Below, one piece after another: positions 29,003 through 39,000 of a DNA stretch of 64,000 nt. Each line of letters opens with the position of its first letter. Positions within the stretch are counted from its first letter, which is position 1. Source of the DNA: Giardia intestinalis (taxonomy: Eukaryota); assembly GCA_000002435.2 (NCBI GenBank), contig CM018792.1, one strand, 5' to 3'. Made by a program: the position numbers and the translations under genes. Below the pieces are notes generated by a model, which did no database searches, was not told the DNA's origin, and was given only the letters and a program-made list of their open reading frames with translations.

Positions 29003-32000
29003 ATGCTTAATCTTATCCCTCCCCGAAGCTTTGTGCTTCAGGAAACTATCCAGGAGATCACTGGTCTAGTTGCGCATGCGCAGGAGCTCACCACTCTATA
29101 CTTTAAGGCTCTTTGCGACTTCCATGTGTTGTTTCCTCTATTACAAGATATACGTTCTGTAGTTGCACAAATCAGTGCCCTCAGCTCCACTGTTCCGCTG
29201 GCAATGGATGGAGTTGTTGCCTGTTGCGTTTCCTCTGTTCTTGCCTGCCTCAAACGAGTTATAGAGGCCACTGTCACAATAGGAGAGTCATGTCTCTCTG
29301 CCATTACTCCAACATGGCAATGGAACGATCACATCTACGAAGTACTTCACTCAGCGTATGTCCAGACCGTGCTTGCCGTTAATGCAGCAAGATTTAAGCA
29401 CATATATAGCACCTTGCCTCTGAGCACCTCTCTCACGGTTAACTCCCTCTACATCATCATTTGCATATTCTGGGAGAACACTATCGGCTACAGGCCCACA
29501 GCGCCGGCGTCCGAAGTCCTCTCGTCTCTTCTCAATTGGCTGGACGCAAGAGGCTACTATGACAAAAGCACGTCCATCAATAAGACAGAGAAGAGTAGAG
29601 ACAGCTTCCTCGCAGATATCACTGGCGCCGTGCCGAACAGCGCTGTCACCCCGAATGACCTCTTTTGTTATGCGCACATCTTCAACTATTTTCTCTATGA
29701 AAGCCTTTGCACCAATCTACCAGGAGTATCTCTGGAGAGTCACCTCTACGAATTGGTTAAGGAGGCCAGATTGACGTTTATGGATAATGTTTTCCCCGGT
29801 ATTCTGCCACTCACCAACGTGACGAATCAGTCATACATCAATCCCTGCTATAACCTACCTTCGTTCGACACCTTTTGGCTCCAGTTTGATCTGTCTGCAT
29901 ATTCAAAATCAAGCTTGCCCCTCGCAATCGCCTTTCCCCGGCCCGAGTTTATTAAAGACACCGTGCGGTTTAGCGAGGAAAGTGTGTTGCTGAATGAAGA
30001 ATACATTAAGATATCTAATTGTCATGTCCTGGTGCAAAAGCTTAAGCTGAAGCTGAAGCCAATTGACGATGCCCACGATAGCACGCTCTCCAAGGTCTAT
30101 ACAGATCGTGCTACAAAGCTTCAGGATCTTTATGCTTCTATAACGCAAAAGCTTAATGGTGTAGATGCGACTAACATCTCTTCTATTCAGGACAGGTATC
30201 TGGCCAACTTGATAATACTGAGGCAGCTCAGTTTTTGCTATCTTCCATCAGACTTGAAGCATGAGCATCTCTCGTACTACACTTCTAGGCTTCCGGTCCC
30301 GATACTGGACCTGGGGATCATCTCTGTTCCGTATTTGGCGGAGTATCTCTTCCACATCTTGAGGCACAAGTCTCCTACAGAAAGCCCGATTGGGATCCCG
30401 GCAGACTTCGTAACACACGTGTGTGGTACGCGGGTCTTCTCGGATACAGCACCATCTGTGGGTACACGGCCACCGCAAAAGGACACCATCGAATACCTCC
30501 TTTTCTGTCTCAACCAAATACACCCGCATAAAGGCCTGCACATAGACTTGCACGCAGATGAGCATCTCCGCACAAATGTCGTACCAAGTAACTCGGGAAG
30601 GGACTACGAATTATCGCAAACGTTGTTACGCACGGTCAACGGGACTCCAATATTGATCCAACGGTATATGGAGCGAGAATGCAAGAAGGCCATGCTTTCT
30701 AATAAGATCAAGCTCACTGCAATGAAGCTACACCAAGTGCATCTTCTGGTCAAGCAGTCAATTGACTCTGTCATTAGCGATTGTGTGGACTCTATTAAGA
30801 CGCACAACACGACGTACAAGCACATGACCAAGGAGGATATAATCCAAGAACTTTTTAGTGCAAGCGAGATTGAGGGCTATGAAATGCTCACTAAAGAGAA
30901 GTCTATCGGGGATGAAAAGCCAACTGAGCCAGACAAACTCAACAAGCTAAACGATCATGTTTCGTTTATCGTTTCCAAGATGATAACCATATGCTTGAAT
31001 ACAGCCATAATTTGCGGGAGCGAGTTTGACAAAGAACTGACAAAGATTACTGGGTGCATACTTCCGTTTGGTGGCCTATCTTGTAGGTTGACTATGAGCT
31101 ATCTGAATAAGCTTTATAACAGATATAGCTCTATCTCAGAGCATCTCACGGAAGGAGTTATGGGGGCGATCTCGTCGCTTTGGGAAATAGTAGCGGCCAA
31201 AACAGGCTATTCTTCCGGGGCCTTGGATCGTATTTTGGTGTATAGAGGTCTGCACATTAAGCAATCTGCGATCACATCACCCGAGTTGATCCTTCCAAGC
31301 ATTTGCAAGAAGGACGATTCTCGCTTGAACTACCATTCGTCAAGGTTCCGGGACGAGCTCCTAGCAACATGCTCAGGGCGAAAAGAGTGTGACAGCCCCT
31401 ATTTGGGGGGCGGTCCTGAGTTTCATTTACATCGGAAGACACAGGAGAATGAGTACTTCAAAGGGCATAGAGGACGAGTCCTTTACCACGAGGCCGGGTA
31501 CCTGCCCCTTCGCACCTTTTCCCTAGCCATGGTTCAAATGGCTTCAAATTTAAAGTTTACTATCTATAACGATCTGTCTCTTTTAATCTTTATGTTCAAA
31601 CACCTTCCTATTTCTCTATCACGGTCTATTCTTATCTGCCAGCTATATTCTCAAGCGGTTCTCAACATTCCCAAGATTCTATCTGCATCTATAGCCTGTA
31701 CAGAGCTTTTAAAACTCAAGCTACACCCTTCCACGACTACCAGTTACATGAGCGCTTTCCCTCTACAGGAATCCTTTTGCGTTAAGGGCAGAGAGTTGTT
31801 GGATAAGCAGTCTATTGTTCCAGCTCTCCTTTCTGATTTAAACCAGCTAAAATTCAACATAGTTGTTTCAGGAACCCCCGGATCTGGGGTCACAACGTTG
31901 ATCAAATATCTCACACTTTCTCCATTGTTCCAGTATATAGAGCCGCTTTCGTCGGCAGCAGGAGAGCCAATCCTCTTCATGGAAAGTCACATGGTGTCAA

Positions 32001-34135
32001 CTGACAACAACGCAGACCGGCTTCCATGGTATTTCAATGCCGAGCAGCATGCAAGAAGGATACTTGCCAAGCGAAATTCCACAAAAGACTCCCTGTCAAT
32101 AGGCTCCTGGTTGTCCTGCGATAGTGGCTGTAGAAGCACTTCCTCTGCCGAGAAGACCGAAAGCGTTCAGAAGCAAGTCGAGAAGGAGGAAGTTTCAGCT
32201 AAAGATAGAACCGACACAGTAATTTGCCAGCTGCTGCAGGAGATCAAAGGCATTTCTCTGGTCTCTGGTGCTCTGGATCTTTTTAACATTGGACTGGATG
32301 ACGAGCTGAAGGTGGCAATGGAAGGCGGAAAGAATATATATGAATATGATGAGAATGGCACGGCTATTGTTACCTACAACCACGTGGCTATTAATGATAA
32401 CAGCCTCTTTGTTGCTACACCCCCAAAGCAGGTCTCCTACTCTCAAAGTAATGGCCTAGAAACGTGTGGTGGATATAGCAACTTCATGAGCTTGTTCAAT
32501 ACTGAGGCCACAGATTTTCGCCCTAAGGGGCTCATCGACTATGACTCGTCTTCTGACTATGTGTTTCACAATCGCTATGTTGGAGATGAAGCAGCAGATT
32601 CCTTTTCTGCCAATGCCCAGGCTATTAAACTTAGTGACCGTTTTGACCAAGCTGTTGCATCCTTACCAACCGTGCTTCACGCAGATATTTTCAAGGAAAT
32701 AGAGCGCGCAGGCAACAAGCAGGCAGAGAAGGATGTCCACAGCTATGCTACCGGCAAGGAAGCAACACAAGTTTTGAGGAAAAAGCTTCCGCTCATTGAC
32801 TTCAAAATGATTCGGCATGCATCTACTCTCGAGCCCATGGAACACTCTATTGATCTTCTTCCATTCTATTCTGGAATAAAACTTAATTTTATAGATGTGC
32901 CTCCTCTATATGCTTTTCCAGGAGCTAGGTTAAATGCGACAAATGGCTGCACCACCGAGGAACAAACACGCGAGGATCTTGAAAAACTAGAAAAGAATCT
33001 GGAGACATCCGTAGCAAGGCAAAGCAGTATGCATGCAGAGCTGTTGACTGCTGTTCAAGCCATCCATTCCATGTTTATGCCTCCAGGACCAAGTTATGTG
33101 CCTAGCGCAAATCAGATCTTTATTTCACCAGAGTTTCTTGCGGCTCAAAGAGAAACGGCAACAGCGCTAGTCAACCCACAAACTCGTCAAATACAGGCAA
33201 CAGCCCTCGAAAGGCTCATCGCAATAGTTTCTGAACAGCATACACGAGCCAGCCAACAGTTCGTTGCGGAAAATACTGTCATAGAGCAGTTTGTTGCCAC
33301 TCTGAAAGTACAATACGACAAATTGAGTCTCGAAAACCCTCCTCAGCAGCACCTTGTGGATGAATATAATCGTCAGCGCCAGCTTCTTGAGACCCGGAGA
33401 ACAGTGGGAATCTCGATCAGGAATCTCGTCGACAATCTGAATAAGGAACTGATCACATTGCAAAGAATCAAGGCACTGAGTTCAACTATTTTGTCGGTTG
33501 ACACGGAGATTCAAGCAAGCAAGCAGAAGATTGCTCAAGCAAGAGCTATGCAATCTGTGACAAGGGACACTGCGAACCAGATCAATCCAGTGCATCTGGA
33601 GCAGATTGGCACACTCATATCGAATGCAGAACTCTTTATTTATGTCTATGATTGTACATCATCCATCCACCAGTTCGGTGTGGATCAGCAAGTAGTGGAG
33701 AGCCTCGCCTCTTCATCCTTATCTCAAACATGCACACCACTCTATCGCTACGTACCCGAAAGCGTATATTCTGATCAAGTGATCACCATGTCTTCCATTT
33801 ACCAGAGGCTCTCTGCCATTGGGGCGACAGTTCCTGGCATTATAGTATGTAACAAATGCGACAATCTGGTGATAAACGGCTCAATAAAGACGCTTTGCTT
33901 TGGCCTCAGACTTGCGGAGCTCCTTGACTGGCCCCATATCTTTGCAAGCAGCCGCACCGGTGCATTTATCAACAGCGTACTTCGCCCAGTCATCCTGCAA
34001 AAAACGCGATCAATCGCTGGGATCCTTGAAGCCTATGGAGACTCTATTGCAAACATATATAGCACACCGTTTCCTTTACCCAACGTAATCCCCGCCGCAG
34101 TGCCAGAGTTCCTTTCTCTTCTGACCGACCACTAA
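29003..34135 (+). CDS. Very large hypothetical protein (1710 aa) with a degenerate P-loop-like motif
   Basis: Uninterrupted ATG-initiated ORF. Contains GTPGSGVTTLIKYL, Walker-A-like but lacking the lysine. No family assigned. Confidence 0.6.
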   Translation: MLNLIPPRSFVLQETIQEITGLVAHAQELTTLYFKALCDFHVLFPLLQDIRSVVAQISALSSTVPLAMDGVVACCVSSVLACLKRVIEATVTIGESCLSAITPTWQWNDHIYEVLHSAYVQTVLAVNAARFKHIYSTLPLSTSLTVNSLYIIICIFWENTIGYRPTAPASEVLSSLLNWLDARGYYDKSTSINKTEKSRDSFLADITGAVPNSAVTPNDLFCYAHIFNYFLYESLCTNLPGVSLESHLYELVKEARLTFMDNVFPGILPLTNVTNQSYINPCYNLPSFDTFWLQFDLSAYSKSSLPLAIAFPRPEFIKDTVRFSEESVLLNEEYIKISNCHVLVQKLKLKLKPIDDAHDSTLSKVYTDRATKLQDLYASITQKLNGVDATNISSIQDRYLANLIILRQLSFCYLPSDLKHEHLSYYTSRLPVPILDLGIISVPYLAEYLFHILRHKSPTESPIGIPADFVTHVCGTRVFSDTAPSVGTRPPQKDTIEYLLFCLNQIHPHKGLHIDLHADEHLRTNVVPSNSGRDYELSQTLLRTVNGTPILIQRYMERECKKAMLSNKIKLTAMKLHQVHLLVKQSIDSVISDCVDSIKTHNTTYKHMTKEDIIQELFSASEIEGYEMLTKEKSIGDEKPTEPDKLNKLNDHVSFIVSKMITICLNTAIICGSEFDKELTKITGCILPFGGLSCRLTMSYLNKLYNRYSSISEHLTEGVMGAISSLWEIVAAKTGYSSGALDRILVYRGLHIKQSAITSPELILPSICKKDDSRLNYHSSRFRDELLATCSGRKECDSPYLGGGPEFHLHRKTQENEYFKGHRGRVLYHEAGYLPLRTFSLAMVQMASNLKFTIYNDLSLLIFMFKHLPISLSRSILICQLYSQAVLNIPKILSASIACTELLKLKLHPSTTTSYMSAFPLQESFCVKGRELLDKQSIVPALLSDLNQLKFNIVVSGTPGSGVTTLIKYLTLSPLFQYIEPLSSAAGEPILFMESHMVSTDNNADRLPWYFNAEQHARRILAKRNSTKDSLSIGSWLSCDSGCRSTSSAEKTESVQKQVEKEEVSAKDRTDTVICQLLQEIKGISLVSGALDLFNIGLDDELKVAMEGGKNIYEYDENGTAIVTYNHVAINDNSLFVATPPKQVSYSQSNGLETCGGYSNFMSLFNTEATDFRPKGLIDYDSSSDYVFHNRYVGDEAADSFSANAQAIKLSDRFDQAVASLPTVLHADIFKEIERAGNKQAEKDVHSYATGKEATQVLRKKLPLIDFKMIRHASTLEPMEHSIDLLPFYSGIKLNFIDVPPLYAFPGARLNATNGCTTEEQTREDLEKLEKNLETSVARQSSMHAELLTAVQAIHSMFMPPGPSYVPSANQIFISPEFLAAQRETATALVNPQTRQIQATALERLIAIVSEQHTRASQQFVAENTVIEQFVATLKVQYDKLSLENPPQQHLVDEYNRQRQLLETRRTVGISIRNLVDNLNKELITLQRIKALSSTILSVDTEIQASKQKIAQARAMQSVTRDTANQINPVHLEQIGTLISNAELFIYVYDCTSSIHQFGVDQQVVESLASSSLSQTCTPLYRYVPESVYSDQVITMSSIYQRLSAIGATVPGIIVCNKCDNLVINGSIKTLCFGLRLAELLDWPHIFASSRTGAFINSVLRPVILQKTRSIAGILEAYGDSIANIYSTPFPLPNVIPAAVPEFLSLLTDH

Positions 34136-34170
34136 TACGGATATCTTTAGTTTACAAAAGATACGGACCT

Positions 34171-34968
34171 CTATGCCACCTGCGCAAAGAATGAGGACAG
34201 GATAGCATAGAGTACCTTACTAGCTACGTGTGTGCAGTATGCATCATAGTTGTCCAAACCATTACCGTCACAAAGGTCTGACACTATCCTGAGAGACACA
34301 AAGGGCTTAGACGCTTCGTAGCAGACCTGCCCCACAGCTCCGCCCTCCATCTCAATAACGAGTGCTGCAGGAATCCTTTTGATAAGCTCCATCTTCTCGT
34401 CTACATTTTCAAGGAACTTATCGCCGGAAATACTACACCCAACGTGGAGGCGTGGCCAGGAAAGACCGTGGGTCTCGCGCACACACGGGGGGACAATGGT
34501 AGAGTAATTCTTCTTTAGAAATTCCTCTGCAATTCCTTGCAAGGTTGTTGTGAGGGCTTTGTCTGCATGCATGACGTCTACGCCTATGTTGACGATAGTA
34601 TGGCGCGGGACAAACGGGTAGCAGTTGAAATCGTGTTGCATCACGGAATCGACGACAATAACATCTCCTATAGCGATACCCTCCTTGAGGCCGCCCGCAA
34701 CCCCGGCTGCGACGATAACATCGGCGTTGAAGTGGTCAAGGAGCACTACCGCCGCAGTGCCACTGCAGACTTTCCCTATTCCACACTCGCACAGGACGAG
34801 AGTGTACTTTTCGAAAAGCTTGGTAAAGTATTTCCTTCCGGCAATAACCTCCTCTTTATACGATTCTTTGTCGCCAAGTTGCAGCTTAAATGCATGGAAT
34901 TCTGTAGGCATGGGTATGATAACTCCAAAGACCGGGGCTGTCCGTCTTGCTTCCTTGGAGACGAGCAT
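34171..34968 (-). CDS. 5'-methylthioadenosine/S-adenosylhomocysteine nucleosidase (PNP/UDP phosphorylase fold, bacterial-type MTAN)
   Basis: Motifs ECGIGKVCSGTAAVVLLDHF, VIVAAGVAGGL and the catalytic VIEMEGGAVGQV correspond to MtnN/Pfs. Divergent from the gene at 35001 with a 32 bp AT-rich spacer. Confidence 0.75.
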   Translation of the reverse strand: MLVSKEARRTAPVFGVIIPMPTEFHAFKLQLGDKESYKEEVIAGRKYFTKLFEKYTLVLCECGIGKVCSGTAAVVLLDHFNADVIVAAGVAGGLKEGIAIGDVIVVDSVMQHDFNCYPFVPRHTIVNIGVDVMHADKALTTTLQGIAEEFLKKNYSTIVPPCVRETHGLSWPRLHVGCSISGDKFLENVDEKMELIKRIPAALVIEMEGGAVGQVCYEASKPFVSLRIVSDLCDGNGLDNYDAYCTHVASKVLYAILSSFFAQVA

Positions 34969-35000
34969 GGTGGAAGTAAATTTAATAATACAGGATTCTT

Positions 35001-35945
35001 ATGCAGAAAAGGCGGAAGGACGGGAATTTGAATCAGACCGTGTCCACGTACGCAGAACAAGTCATTCAGGATGGCGAATGCTCCAAAGAAAGGATCGAGC
35101 AGCTGGTCGGCAAGCTAAGGCCATGCGAGCTAGGGCTGCCGAAGCATTCAGAACAGGTCATGGCTCTTCAGGAGCTGGCTCAGGTTGCTGCCAGGGACCA
35201 AGAGGTTGCTGCATCCACAGGTACCAATGATGGAGTGTTCGATTCATCAGAGCACGTTGTGCAGGCCATAGTCGCTAATAACAAGATAGGATTGATCCTT
35301 GAGCTTCTGGGAGACACTCTTCGTGAACTCCCTACGGTGCCTGCAGAGTCCAATAGCCGGGTGCTTCTGTGCAGCGCCATCAAGAGTCTTCTGATTCTGG
35401 TGAAGTGCTGTTCAGATACATTGGATGTGTTCGAGATCTTCAACTATCAATCTTTCTTTACAGTCCTTTCGTATGTTAGCATCGTCACTGAGCTGGCAAA
35501 GCTGGATAGCTCCATTAGCGACTTCGCGTCCTTATGTGCAATACTTTACATATACTGTATTTACAATGCTGCCCGCCACGCAGATCACATGCAGATGGGC
35601 GTCTCCGATAAGCTCTTCAAGCTGATGGATACCCACAGATGTGTTGCAACAGCACTGAATTTATACACTGACGGTAATGTGAATCTTTCGGAAGACTGTA
35701 TCATAACACTGGCAGAGTTCCTAGCCGTCTTAGCCGAGTCGGAGATGTTTCTGGACCATGCGGATACACACTTTGACCAGGGCACAAGCGCTTTATTTCT
35801 GCAATTCTATGACAAAGAGATAAAGGGAGCAATGCAGAATCAGGAGGAGCGACGAAAGCTGCTGTCTCTTGAAGAAATAGTAAGTTTCATTGGAAGAGAG
35901 CTGCCGGACGTGTGGTCGGCCTGTGCTATTGAGGACAAACAATGA
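35001..35945 (+). CDS. Hypothetical protein (314 aa)
   Basis: ATG-initiated ORF after AT-rich 'aaatttaataata'. An AGTGAAC motif lies ~38 nt after the stop. No domain recognised. Confidence 0.5.
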   Translation: MQKRRKDGNLNQTVSTYAEQVIQDGECSKERIEQLVGKLRPCELGLPKHSEQVMALQELAQVAARDQEVAASTGTNDGVFDSSEHVVQAIVANNKIGLILELLGDTLRELPTVPAESNSRVLLCSAIKSLLILVKCCSDTLDVFEIFNYQSFFTVLSYVSIVTELAKLDSSISDFASLCAILYIYCIYNAARHADHMQMGVSDKLFKLMDTHRCVATALNLYTDGNVNLSEDCIITLAEFLAVLAESEMFLDHADTHFDQGTSALFLQFYDKEIKGAMQNQEERRKLLSLEEIVSFIGRELPDVWSACAIEDKQ

Positions 35946-35982
35946 AAAGTGGCCTGGCAATACCCTGCTCCATAATTTCGGT

Positions 35983-35989
35983 AGTGAAC
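35983..35989 (+). promoter_or_regulatory. Putative polyadenylation signal AGTGAAC
   Basis: Located ~38 nt after the stop of the 35001-35945 gene. Confidence 0.3.
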
Positions 35990-36066
35990 CTGGTTTTAGA
36001 TGTCCCAGAGCCTGTCCATGTCCGCCATAATAAGACGATCTCAAAATTAAAATAAATTAAAAACCT

Positions 36067-39000
36067 ATGGCCAGCGCCTTGTCTATTAATGAGCTGTTCA
36101 CCTTGCGTGACGCGCAGGTTCCCGAGGGGTCCTGCTCCCCTGAGCACTTGACTGTGTCGTCGTCTTCTGGGATCTGTGTATGCGTGACCACTGGGGAGGC
36201 AGCAAATTTAACTGTTGTTAACACGGTTAACCCACAGGCCACAAAGACTTTCCCCATTCAAGCACAGCACGCGATCCAGCACAGGAAGAACCCCAACATC
36301 GTGGTCTTGCGCACGCCAGTCCTGCTCCAGACCCTCGATGTTTCCACTATGACCCCTTATGGACGTTTTGACTTTCCGAACCCCATTGGAGTGGACTACT
36401 GGGGCTGGGCCACGGACGAGAAGCTGGCACTCGTCTGCCCCGATGCCGTCTACTTCTGGAATTGCATGACGGGAGAGTTTTCCCCAGGGTTCGCGCGGGA
36501 CGTGAGCTTGACGAGCACCTACAGTAACTCGCGCATCACTGACCTAGCCGTCTCGTCTGACGCAGACTGGGTCGCAATCACTGCGCTGGGCACGGACCAG
36601 GCAAACCACACACAGGGAATGATCCAGCTCTACTGCTTTAGCAGGGCATATACCCGTATGCTTTCAGGGCAGTGCGTGACTTTTGTTGACTGGCAGCTCG
36701 ATGCGACAAGGCCGAAAACCACTCTTCTGGCGTATGCACACAAGCCTACTGGGTCGCAGGAGATCACAATTAACATAATGGAACCTGCACCACAGGTTGG
36801 GGCTGACGGCGCCTCTATCTCTGGCTTCACAACGAAGGCCGTTCAGGCCACCGTGAGCGCCGCGCTTGTAGGCGTGGATCATCCTCTGTTCTTGAGGGGA
36901 AAGGAGAAATACGGTTTTCTTTACATGTTTTCCAAGCAGGGCAACGTTACCTTGGTGGATATCTACAGCGGCCTCTTGATCTATCAGGGCCCCATTTCGG
37001 GGGAGATGGTCTTTGCTATCGGAACGTGTTACGAAGGTGGGACTTTTTCTGATACCCATGACTTTATAGGCATCACCACCGATGGCCGGTGCTATGGGAT
37101 TGGGGTGGATAAGATCAATCTGGTGAACTATGTCATGACTAAGCGTGGCCAGCCGGACGTTGCCTACGCCATCGCCTTGCGCACGGGGATCCGGGGCGCC
37201 GACTCTTTATTCCAACAGAAGCTAGATGGCTATCTTGGTCAGTACCAGTGGAGCGAGGCTGCTGAGCTTGTTAAGATAGCTCCAGCAGGTGTCCTTCGCA
37301 CAAAGGCCACAATAGATCGTTTTCTAGCTGGTGCTGCGTTCACTGCACCAGGCGCACCAACGCCAATCATGATCTATCTTACGCGGATGCTGGAGAACGA
37401 TGGCAAGCTAGCTATTGAAGAGGAGTCGATGGAGTTGGCGAAGTTCCTTGTTCAGACTTCTAATGTGAGTACCATCGAGACGTACATTAAGGAGAAGCGC
37501 TTTTTTGCAACCGAAGGGTTGGGCGACTACTTGGCGTCTGTGGGTCTCGAGCAACCGTCGTTCACCACGTATGCTAACGCTGGGTGCCACGAGAAGGCCA
37601 TTGCCTGGCTCATTGCGCACAACCAATACGCTATCATCCCACAGTATGCACAGAAGTTCCCAGAGTACACGCCAGACTATCCACGTATTATAAGCCAGGC
37701 ACTAAAGCAGGCGGAGCAGAGACCTGATGGCGCATCCACCATAGAGAGCATATACCAGTTTTCGCTTAGCATCACCCAGGCACTTGATGCGACCACAGAC
37801 GGAGATAAGATTCTAGATATTGCAGATTGCTTCGCTGACATAGGGAGGGTGAACGAGGCTACAACAATCCTCCTGGAAGTTTGCAAGCGCTACAACTACT
37901 CCGACGATACCGTTATCTACCAGTCGATGGTTATTGAGCTCAACAGAGGGGTGAACCAGGCAGTCGTGGATGCCATACAGGCTAAGGGCGTGCTTGCAAG
38001 AATTAACCGGGCAGAGATAACTAAACGCAGCGAGGAGAGCGGACTTTATCAGCGGGCGTTTGAATTCTGTGATTCCGACGCAGAATGTCGGCGCATCGCA
38101 TCAACCTATGCTGCAAAGCTAGGGAAGTCAATCTTCTCGTCACCACGGTGGTATGGCGCGTATATCAAACGTGCATCGCGCTTTTCAAATCCAACCGACG
38201 ATGTTATTAAGAGTCTTTTTGCCTTTCAGCAGCAAATGCTTGAAATAACAATAGGCGGGGAGCGCATCTACGCTGACCATGTTGCCATGGGCTTTGCTCT
38301 CTCTCCGATCGTTGTTTCTAACGTCAGTCTGTGTGTTACTGTTGTCAAGGTCTTTGAGAAATATGGAATGGGTAACTCCGAAGCCCTCTACCTTTTCTTG
38401 TCCATGATTGCGCCCACGTGCCTGGATTCGTCCATCCACAACTTCCTTCTCCGCACAATTCTTCAGCTGGATTCAAAGACTCTTGAACTCACACACATAG
38501 TCGCTGAAGATCAGTATCTGGACCCGAATGAGTGCTTCACCATAATGACTACCACGACCCCTGCAAGCCCGGACGCCTTCCTCCAGGCTTTCCTTACTTT
38601 TTGCGAGCGGTTCCATCTCGGCAAGAAACTGGGTTTGTTCCTAACAGACTCCATCACCAACAAGGTTCTAGGGAAAGACACGTTCTTTACACTGAACGCA
38701 GCAACGATTGTAGAGGCGTTCATCGGTGGACATGGAGTTGCGCAGGCGCATGACCTCCTCTTCGGTCTGTTCGAAGGAGGAGTGCTGGCAGTTCCAGAGA
38801 GGCCTGCCCTAGACGCCGTTTTTTCAGCAGACATGCTCAGCAAGCTGATGGAAAAGCCTGCAGTTCAGGCTGGTTGTGATATCAATAAGGTTGTGGATGC
38901 CTGCTTCACAAGCTCTCGAACTCTTAAAGTCGGGCGCTCACTTCTCGAGAAGCGTCTAGCATCCGGGACAACAGACACGTTTGTCCACACTGCGTTTGCG

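Noticed and set aside
34537-35230. Plus-strand ORFs (34537-35031, 34625-35230) overlapping the MTAN gene
   Set aside because: They are antisense to a well-supported CDS and begin at non-ATG starts. Treated as noise.
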